NCBI GenBank assembly: GCA_044354635.1
Contig: JBIKZR010000001.1
Coordinates: 1-25,817, forward strand
Length of the DNA: 25,817 bases
Reading direction: 5' to 3'
Source of the DNA: Crocinitomicaceae bacterium
GTDB lineage: Bacteria; Bacteroidota; Bacteroidia; Flavobacteriales_D; Crocinitomicaceae
The notes under the pieces are model-generated. The model was not told where the DNA came from, made no database searches, and saw nothing but the letters and a program-made list of their open reading frames with translations. The position numbers and the translations under genes were made by a program. The first letter of the stretch is position 1. Each line of letters starts with the position of its first letter. Shown here in pieces: positions 1 through 6,961 of this stretch.

Positions 1-695
1 CGATCAACGGGGTAAATTTCAACACTGCGAACAATACGCTTTCCACCGGAGTGACTTTAGTTCCAGGTGTGAATACGTTCGTTGTAACGGCAACAAATTC
101 TTGCGGAACAGATACCGAAACGATTACGATTCTGTATAGTAATTGCGTTCCACCAAGTATCAGCATTGTTTCGCCTGCGACAAATGGATCAACCGTTACA
201 AATGCAGCGTTCACATTTACAGCAACGATTCTGAACTCCAATAACGGACAAGGAATTGGGTTTACGCAAAACGGAAGAGCGATCAACGGGGTAAATTTCA
301 ACACTGCGAACAATACGCTTTCCACCGGAGTGACTTTAGTTCCAGGTGTGAATACGTTCGTTGTAACGGCAACAAATTCTTGCGGAACAGATACCGAAAC
401 GATTACAATTACTTACCAACCGTGCATTGCGCCAGTAATTTCAATTCTTGCACCAGCTTCAAACGGAACAACCGTTTCAACTGCTGCGTTCACCTTTACG
501 GCAACGATTCTAAACTCCAATAACGGACAAGGAATTGGGTTTACGCAAAACGGAAGAGCGATCAACGGGGTAAATTTCAATACTGCGAATAATACGCTTT
601 CCACCGGCGTGACTTTAGTTCCAGGTGTGAATACGTTCGTTGTAACGGCAACAAATTCTTGTGGAAGAGATACCGAAACGATTACTATTAATTAT
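1..695 (+). repeat. Intragenic tandem repeat, period 279 bp (93 codons), about 2.5 copies visible
   Basis: cgatcaacggggtaaatttc starts at 1, 280 and 559. Bases 1..127 equal 280..406 exactly; 280..406 vs 559..685 differ at 5 positions. Confidence 0.97.
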
Positions 696-776
696 GTTCC
701 ACAAACGGAAGATAAAAAACCAAGTCCAGGAAAACAAGGACCAACAGCTCCAGGAACTGGCCGAGGCGGAAAATAA
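3..776 (+). CDS. C-terminal part of a tandem bacterial Ig-like (Big_7/Glucodextran_B-like) repeat protein, probably a large surface protein; truncated by the window edge
   Basis: The frame of ORF 51..776 is open back to base 3 (INGVNFNTANNTLSTGV...), so GTG at 51 is not the real start. 93-aa units with an Ig-like pattern PxISIxxPAxNG...TLVPGVNTFVVTATNSCG. Stop TAA at 774-776 followed by a terminator. Confidence 0.85.
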   Translation: MNGVNFNTANNTLSTGVTLVPGVNTFVVTATNSCGTDTETITILYSNCVPPSISIVSPATNGSTVTNAAFTFTATILNSNNGQGIGFTQNGRAINGVNFNTANNTLSTGVTLVPGVNTFVVTATNSCGTDTETITITYQPCIAPVISILAPASNGTTVSTAAFTFTATILNSNNGQGIGFTQNGRAINGVNFNTANNTLSTGVTLVPGVNTFVVTATNSCGRDTETITINYVPQTEDKKPSPGKQGPTAPGTGRGGK

Positions 777-788
777 AAAAAAGGACTC

Positions 789-825
789 AAAAAAGCCGTA
801 ACAATTAAATGTTGCGGCTTTTTTT
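789..825 (+). terminator. Intrinsic terminator with A-tract/T-tract flanks (potentially bidirectional)
   Basis: aaaaaagccgtaaca-attaaa-tgttgcggcttttttt: 9-bp stem with one G-U pair, followed by a T run, 12 nt after the stop codon. Confidence 0.85.
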
Positions 826-869
826 ATGTTATAAACCGATTTAAACTTTCAAAAATCAATTCATCTAAT

Positions 870-877
870 TATATTCG
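870..877 (+). promoter_or_regulatory. Bacteroidota sigma-A -7 element variant (TATATTCG) upstream of ppiD
   Basis: One mismatch to the TAnnTTTG consensus, 21 nt before the ATG at 899, directly downstream of a terminator. Confidence 0.5.
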
Positions 878-898
878 CACCTTATAAAGAATAAAGAA

Positions 899-3106
899 AT
901 GGCATTAATAGGAAAAATTCGCGAAAAATCGGGATTGTTAATAATCGTAATTGGCGTTGCATTGTTTGCTTTTATAATGGGCGACTGGCAGCGAATGACA
1001 GAAGGTTCAGGAGATCAAATTGGTTATGGAACTGTTTATGGTGAGAAAGTTGATTTCAAAGCATTTGAAGAAGCAAGTTTGAAATTTCAAGAACAGGATA
1101 AAACGCAATTTGCGCAGCAGCAGAGAGAATACACACCAAAAGACCAAGAAGCTTCTATTGATAAAGCTTGGAATTACGTGGTAGAAACTTCCATTTTTGA
1201 AAAAGAATACGAAGCGTTGGGTATTGAAGTGAGCGACAATGAATTTGATTCCTACCTGTATGGTAGAGATGGATTTCCCGTTATGCAAGAATTATCTCAA
1301 GGATTTACCGATTCATTAACAGGATTATTTAACCCAAAATTGTTGGAGAAAAGAATCGAAGAAATGGAAACTTCTGAAGATCCAAAAGTTCAAAAACAAT
1401 GGGAAGAAAGTAAAAAATACTATTCTGATCGTCGCAAGCAGGAAAAATACTTTGCTTTATTAGGGCAAGGCGTTTATGTTACAAAACTGGAAGCAGAAGA
1501 AGAATATTTTGCTCAAAAAGAAATAAAAAGTATTTCTTTTGTTGTCAGACGATACAGCGAAATTACAGATGAGGATATCAAAATATCAGATTCTGAATTG
1601 GAAAAATACTATGACGCGCATAAAGATGACAAAAAATACGAAAACAAGACTGCAAGTCGCGAAGTACGTTATTTTGATGTCTTAATAAATCCTTCTAAGA
1701 AAGATTCCAATGAATTTAATAAAACGATGGAAGAAATAAAGAAAGGGTTTATTGCAGCTCCTAATGATTCCATTTTTGTGATGCAGAATTCGGACATTAA
1801 AGTTTATTCTTCTGCTAAAAATGCAACTGCGGTTCCGGAATCCAATGAGAAAGCGCAAAAAATGCAATCTTATCCAAACTTTATGGATACAATTTTCAAA
1901 ACAGCAGCTATCGGACAAGTTGTAGGTCCTTACACTAGTAAAGGAAATGTTGTTGTATCTAAAATTATTGGTTTTACACCAACTCGAATGAAAGCAAGAC
2001 ATATCTTGTTGTCTACGAATCAATCTACAGATAAAAAAATAATTGCTGCGACGCAGAAAACGGCAGATAGCTTAATGAAGCTTCTTACAAAAGATAATTT
2101 TGCGGAATTTGTTACAAAATATAGTGATGACAAAGGTTCTGTTCCACAAGGAGGTTTGATTGACAACTTTATTGAAGCAGACATGGTTCCTGAATTTGCA
2201 GCATTTTGTGCAACTAAAAAAATTGGTGCAATTGGCGCTGTAAAAACAATTTATGGAATTCATATCATTGAAGTTTTAGAAAGAGACGCTACTACTTATC
2301 CAGTTTTGGCTTCTGTTCAGAAATCATTCAAAGCGAGTCAGGAAACGACAGATATGAAAGACAGCGAAGTGTATAATCTTTTATACAAATTGGAGGCTAA
2401 AATTTCAAATCAATCGGATATCAAAAAGAAATTGGAGTTATTTGACACGCTTGCTTTAAAAGCTGGCTACTTTGTTCGTCCATTGAATATCGAAGAGCTA
2501 AGTCCAAAATTATACGGTTTTGAAACGCAATTTGCGGAAGACAAGATTTTAAAACTTGCATTCTCTGAGGAATCTGCTGTTGGTGATTTAACGTCAGCTC
2601 CAATTAAGGAAAAGAACCGTTACATCATTGCAATCGTATCTTCTATACGTGAAAAAGGAGCTCCAACATTAGAAGATGCAACAATAGTAATGAAACGCGA
2701 TTTGTTGGAAGAGAAAAAAGCTGCTCGTTTAACCAATCAATTGTTGAAGGACAAGAATTTAAAAGACATGGCAAAAAGAGCGAATTCTGAAATACTGAAA
2801 GCAGAAGTTACATTTGCAAATCCGCAAATAACGGGTGCTGGATTTGAAGCAGAAGTAATTGGCTCCCTTTTCTCAAGTTTGAAAGATGGACAACGCACAA
2901 TGCCTTTAAAAGGGAAGATGGGCGTTTATGTTATTCGCATCGACAAAACAATTAAAGCTCCAGCAGCTGCAAATTATACTGTAGAGCGGGACCAAATGTT
3001 AGCTGCGCTGAAAGGTGGTTTACAAGGCCAAGCGCTTGGAGGATTAAAGAAAAAAGCAGAAGTAGTAGATAATCGTCGTTTTCTAAATGCGGGAATCAGA
3101 CGCTAG
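899..3106 (+). CDS. ppiD: PpiD-like membrane-anchored periplasmic chaperone / parvulin peptidyl-prolyl isomerase (SurA_N + rotamase domains)
   Basis: 735 aa. N-terminal MALIGKIREKSGLLIIVIGVALFAFI anchor typical of Bacteroidota PpiD; parvulin motifs KARHILL, FAEFVTKYSDD, MVPEF, T-x-YGIHII. Confidence 0.88.
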   Translation: MALIGKIREKSGLLIIVIGVALFAFIMGDWQRMTEGSGDQIGYGTVYGEKVDFKAFEEASLKFQEQDKTQFAQQQREYTPKDQEASIDKAWNYVVETSIFEKEYEALGIEVSDNEFDSYLYGRDGFPVMQELSQGFTDSLTGLFNPKLLEKRIEEMETSEDPKVQKQWEESKKYYSDRRKQEKYFALLGQGVYVTKLEAEEEYFAQKEIKSISFVVRRYSEITDEDIKISDSELEKYYDAHKDDKKYENKTASREVRYFDVLINPSKKDSNEFNKTMEEIKKGFIAAPNDSIFVMQNSDIKVYSSAKNATAVPESNEKAQKMQSYPNFMDTIFKTAAIGQVVGPYTSKGNVVVSKIIGFTPTRMKARHILLSTNQSTDKKIIAATQKTADSLMKLLTKDNFAEFVTKYSDDKGSVPQGGLIDNFIEADMVPEFAAFCATKKIGAIGAVKTIYGIHIIEVLERDATTYPVLASVQKSFKASQETTDMKDSEVYNLLYKLEAKISNQSDIKKKLELFDTLALKAGYFVRPLNIEELSPKLYGFETQFAEDKILKLAFSEESAVGDLTSAPIKEKNRYIIAIVSSIREKGAPTLEDATIVMKRDLLEEKKAARLTNQLLKDKNLKDMAKRANSEILKAEVTFANPQITGAGFEAEVIGSLFSSLKDGQRTMPLKGKMGVYVIRIDKTIKAPAAANYTVERDQMLAALKGGLQGQALGGLKKKAEVVDNRRFLNAGIRR

Positions 3107-3124
3107 ACAATAAGAGACCAATCG

Positions 3125-3197
3125 AGAAAAGTCACTTGTTCCAGCCATCTTGGTATCGAAATAACGATCTGAGATTAATGGAGTAAGTGACTTTTCT
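3125..3197. terminator. 73-nt long imperfect hairpin between convergent ppiD and dprA; probable bidirectional terminator
   Basis: Perfect 13-bp inverted repeat agaaaagtcactt (3125-3137) / aagtgacttttct (3185-3197), with further inner pairing gttcca/tggagt, atct/agat and atcg/cgat; followed by a T-rich tract on +. Confidence 0.65.
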
Positions 3198-3212
3198 GTT
3201 TTTATAAACTTT

Positions 3213-4313
3213 TCAAATCAACACATATTTTTTACCTGGCAAGGATTTTACCACACCTTTCATTTCCAAATGAAACAATTGAACATTCAAGGAAGAAACA
3301 GATTGGTTGGTTTTAATAGAAAGCACATCTACATGCTCTCCTGAAGAGTTTTCCAAGATTTTACACACCAGTTGCTCGTTTGTCGTTAATTCAACAAAAC
3401 AACTTCGCTGAACCGCTTTCTTCGTTTGTTCTGTGTCCCAATTCATCTGTTTCAAAAAGTCGGAACCATTTAAAACCATATGTGCCTTGTTTTTCTGAAT
3501 CAAGCCATTGCATCCTTCCGAAAACTGCTGGCCAATATTTCCTGGAAAGGCAAATACATCCCGATTATAATCATTTGCAAGATCCGCCGTAATTAGGGAA
3601 CCGCCCGACTTTTTGCTTTCTATCACAATTGTTGCGTCGGCCATTCCGGCAACGATTCGATTGCGCATTGGAAAATTTTCGCGGTCAGGCCGTGTGCCAG
3701 GAATAAATTCTGTTATCAAACCACCATTGAAAAACATTTGTTCCGCAGTTCGTTTATGCACACTAGGATACAAACGATCCAAGCCATGACCTAAAACACC
3801 AAGGGTTTGAATCTTGTTTTTTACACACAGTTGATGCGCAAAAATATCAATTCCGTAAGCCATTCCACTTATAACTTGAATGTTGGAGTCCTTTATTTTA
3901 AAAATCAATTCTTCACACAAACCTTTCCCATATTCCGTTGCTGTGCGGGTTCCGACAACCGATATTACACGTGCTGGATTTGGATCAAACGTTCCCTTAC
4001 TGTAAAGTAATAGTGGCGCATCTTCGCACTGTTTCAATCGGCGAGGATAATTGGTGTCCAAATAAAAATGGGTAGAAATGGAATGTTTAGCAATATATTC
4101 TACTTGTTCTTCAGCAAGTTGCAACGCTTGTTCTCGGCGCATGTTTTGTAGAACTGATTTTCCAATTCCGGTTAAGTGATGAATTTGATTTAGTTTTTCA
4201 CAAAAAATCGCTTCAATACTTCCCAGTTTTGAAACGAGGTGACTCGCTTTTTTAGGTCCTATTCCCTGTAGAAAGGTTAGTCCAATTTGATGAATTAATG
4301 GAGAGTTGTTCAA
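3213..4313 (-). CDS. dprA: DNA-processing protein DprA (Smf)
   Basis: 366 aa, TTG start. N-terminal HhH (LQGIGPKKA); Rossmann core SVVGTR, ISGMAYGID, GVLGHGLDRLYP, FPMRNRIVAG, SGSLITADLA; C-terminal winged helix. Confidence 0.95.
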   Translation of the reverse strand: MNNSPLIHQIGLTFLQGIGPKKASHLVSKLGSIEAIFCEKLNQIHHLTGIGKSVLQNMRREQALQLAEEQVEYIAKHSISTHFYLDTNYPRRLKQCEDAPLLLYSKGTFDPNPARVISVVGTRTATEYGKGLCEELIFKIKDSNIQVISGMAYGIDIFAHQLCVKNKIQTLGVLGHGLDRLYPSVHKRTAEQMFFNGGLITEFIPGTRPDRENFPMRNRIVAGMADATIVIESKKSGGSLITADLANDYNRDVFAFPGNIGQQFSEGCNGLIQKNKAHMVLNGSDFLKQMNWDTEQTKKAVQRSCFVELTTNEQLVCKILENSSGEHVDVLSIKTNQSVSSLNVQLFHLEMKGVVKSLPGKKYVLI

Positions 4314-4496
4314 GGTTAATGGTTTAAAGGTTACTTGAATTTACACAAATAATCCATGTATTTCACTATGAAAAATGGAATTTTTTTTTTACTCCCTATT
4401 AAAAATAACCCTTAAAGAAAGCCCTTAAGACTTTGCAATTAAAAGTCCACCTTTTTAAAATTTTCAAAAAGCCCATTGATTGTTTTTTAAAATTGG

Positions 4497-4504
4497 TATT
4501 TTAG
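4497..4504 (+). promoter_or_regulatory. -7 element variant TATTTTAG upstream of TBDR-1
   Basis: One mismatch to TAnnTTTG; the same GTAyTTTAGC context occurs upstream of the paralog at 6917-6926. Confidence 0.5.
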
Positions 4505-4540
4505 CCAAACAATCGAAACGAACTATTGAATTACTCGACT

Positions 4541-6883
4541 ATGAAACTTTTCGTGAAATATACTTTTCTCGTTCTTTTACTTTTTCCTAAAACCAGTTTT
4601 TCTCAAGCCCTTCCGCTACAAGGAAAGGTGCTTCAGTATGACTCAAAACAAGCAATTATTGGCGCAAAAATTAGTTGCTCAAATGGTCAAAAAGCCATTT
4701 CTAATGCAACTGGTGAGTTCAAACTTGAAGTGGAAAAATATCCAGTTACTTTAATCACCACTTTCCAACCCTTTTTGAATGATACTACAATCGTTGAATC
4801 TGCTGGCGAAGTTACAATTCGATTGAGCGAGGCCGTTCAAAACATAGCTACAGTTGTTGTTTCTGCTGGTCGGAGAGCCCAAAAAATGGAAGATGTGACT
4901 ATTTCGATGGAGATTCTAAAGCCAGAAATGATTAACAATAAAGGAATAACAGATTTAGAACAAGCGGTGGATCAGAGTCCAGGCGTTTATGCAATGGATG
5001 GACAAGTTAGCATCCGCGGAGGTGGCGGATATTCTTATGGTGCTGGAAGTAGGGTTTTAGTTCTTTGGAATGGAATTCCAATGCAATCCCCAGATCTTGG
5101 CGATGCAAAATGGAATGCAATTCCGTTTGAAAATGCCTCGCAAATTGAAGTAATTAAAGGCGCATCATCTGTTTTATATGGGAGTGGCGCCTTAAATGGT
5201 ATTATTGCATTAAACGAAAAAGAACCGTCTCAAAAACGGGAACTTCGGGTGAAATTACAATCTGGAGTTTATGGTAATCCAAAAAGAGCTAGTCTAAAAT
5301 GGTGGGAAGTAAATCCAACCTTTCATAATTTAGATTTATTTACCTCCAAAATGTACCGAAAATTTGGATACAGTTTAGCAATAAATGGCTATACAAGTGA
5401 TGGTTATCGAAAAGGAGAGGTGGAAGATCGGACCCGAATCAATGGTATGTTTGTTTTTAAACCGCACAAATTCAGCAAACTAAGAACTGGCGTTACCTAT
5501 AATTTTCAATACCAGTATACTGGTGCATTTATTCTTTGGGAAAGTGATTCTTTGGGATATATCGCGCTTGGCGGAATGGAACCGAAAGCACCAGGTTCTT
5601 CTGTTTCCTACCAGCGTTCCATTCGATTAAATGTAGATCCTTACCTGAAGTTTTACGATAAAAAAGACAACCGACACGAATTTAAAACGCGCTACTATTT
5701 AGTCACAACAGGCGATTTAACCAATGTTTTTCAATCTTCCAAAGCCGAAATGTTTTATGGTGATTATTCGTTCCAGCATATTACCAAAAACAAATCTTCC
5801 TTCTCCGCTGGGGCTACTGGATCTTCCAATAGAATCATCAGTCCAATTTTTGGAGACCATATTTCCACTGGTTTTGCAGCCTATTCTCAGTTTGAGTTAA
5901 AACTTAGAAAGTTAGATTTTACAGTTGGAACACGACTGGAATATTTTCAACAAGACCACCGCGTTCCAGATTCTAGATTTACCATCAAAAATACTGTAGT
6001 TCCATTTTTTCCGATCGTCCGTGCGGGAATGCATTATAAAATAACAAAATTGACACACTTAAGAGCGTCTTTTGGTCAGGGGATTCGTTTCCCGTCGGTT
6101 GCCGAAAGATATGCTGCGACTTCGGTTGGCGGGGTAATTATTTTCCCGAATCCAGATGTGGAACCTGAAAGAGGTTGGGCGGCAGAAATTGGTTTAAAGC
6201 AAGTTGTGAAGATTGGGGAATGGAAAGGTTATTTTGACGTTGCCGGTTTTGTTAACCAATACAGCAATATGATGGAATTTACCTTTGGGTTATATCCGCC
6301 AGACACACTTACCTTAACTTTTGTAGAAGGAACGCCAGGATATATTAAAAATTGGGTTGGATTTCAGGCAAAAAACGCTGAAAAAGCAAGAATTTCCGGA
6401 ATCGAATTATCCTTTAACAGTGAGGGAAAAATTGGTAAAATTGAAATACAATCTTTACTGGGATATACCTATATGAATCCAATTAGTTTGAACCGCGATT
6501 CTGCATACATCTCCACCTTTTCAGATGCGGGATCTAAATTATTAAAATATAGATTTAAACATTTGGCGAAGGCCGACATTCAAGCAACCTACAAAAATTT
6601 TAGTCTTGGAGCTTCGATGCGCTATAATAGTAATATGTCAAATATTGATGCCGCTTTCGAAGATGGTTTTCTTGGGCAGGAATTTCTTGCCGGCTTGAAA
6701 GAATACCGTGAAAGAAATTCGAAAGGTGCTTTGGTTTTTGATCTGCGATTTGGAATAAAATACCAAGATAAATACCGAGTTGGAATTATCGTAAACAACC
6801 TGTTAAATGCTGAATATATGAGTAGACCGGCTGATATTCAGGCGCCTAGAAGCTTTATCGTTCAACTGCAACTTACACTATAA
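4541..6883 (+). CDS. TonB-dependent outer-membrane receptor (paralog 1), ligand unknown
   Basis: ATG at 4541 preferred over TTG at 4526 (780 aa, signal peptide MKLFVKY...SFSQ). CarboxypepD_reg-like N-domain, TonB box TVVVSA, plug motifs SIRGG and IEVIKGASSVLYGSGALNGII, barrel end NNLLNAEY...RSFIVQLQLTL. Confidence 0.92.
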   Translation: MKLFVKYTFLVLLLFPKTSFSQALPLQGKVLQYDSKQAIIGAKISCSNGQKAISNATGEFKLEVEKYPVTLITTFQPFLNDTTIVESAGEVTIRLSEAVQNIATVVVSAGRRAQKMEDVTISMEILKPEMINNKGITDLEQAVDQSPGVYAMDGQVSIRGGGGYSYGAGSRVLVLWNGIPMQSPDLGDAKWNAIPFENASQIEVIKGASSVLYGSGALNGIIALNEKEPSQKRELRVKLQSGVYGNPKRASLKWWEVNPTFHNLDLFTSKMYRKFGYSLAINGYTSDGYRKGEVEDRTRINGMFVFKPHKFSKLRTGVTYNFQYQYTGAFILWESDSLGYIALGGMEPKAPGSSVSYQRSIRLNVDPYLKFYDKKDNRHEFKTRYYLVTTGDLTNVFQSSKAEMFYGDYSFQHITKNKSSFSAGATGSSNRIISPIFGDHISTGFAAYSQFELKLRKLDFTVGTRLEYFQQDHRVPDSRFTIKNTVVPFFPIVRAGMHYKITKLTHLRASFGQGIRFPSVAERYAATSVGGVIIFPNPDVEPERGWAAEIGLKQVVKIGEWKGYFDVAGFVNQYSNMMEFTFGLYPPDTLTLTFVEGTPGYIKNWVGFQAKNAEKARISGIELSFNSEGKIGKIEIQSLLGYTYMNPISLNRDSAYISTFSDAGSKLLKYRFKHLAKADIQATYKNFSLGASMRYNSNMSNIDAAFEDGFLGQEFLAGLKEYRERNSKGALVFDLRFGIKYQDKYRVGIIVNNLLNAEYMSRPADIQAPRSFIVQLQLTL

Positions 6884-6917
6884 CAGCTGTTTTTTACAAT
6901 CAAAACAGAAAAAATTG

Positions 6918-6925
6918 TACTTTAG
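6918..6925 (+). promoter_or_regulatory. -7 element variant TACTTTAG upstream of TBDR-2
   Basis: Matches the variant upstream of TBDR-1; 36 nt before the ATG at 6962. Confidence 0.5.
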
Positions 6926-6961
6926 CGAATGCCGTTAAATTGAATTAAATATTACCCATTT

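Noticed and set aside
1-695. Repeat-variable-repeat pattern as a CRISPR array or DGR template/variable repeat pair
   Set aside because: The units are 279 bp, in frame and coding; the variable parts are homologous to each other; differences are not adenine-specific; no cas or reverse transcriptase gene is in the window.
3125-3197. tRNA-sized structured element as a tRNA or attachment site
   Set aside because: It folds as one long hairpin rather than a cloverleaf; there is no T-loop GTTCRA in the right position, no CCA end and no integrase nearby.
3213-4313. dprA as evidence of a competence island
   Set aside because: dprA is near-ubiquitous, and no comEC, comF or pilin genes are in the window.
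4381-4390. T10 homopolymer in the dprA/TBDR-1 divergent region as a phase-variation switch
   Set aside because: It is not located between identifiable -33 and -7 elements, and long A/T runs are expected at this composition; only read-level length heterogeneity would revive it.
4314-4540. Cobalamin/TPP riboswitch or Fur box upstream of the TBDRs
   Set aside because: The region is very AT-rich with no conserved riboswitch core or GATAATGAT-like box visible.
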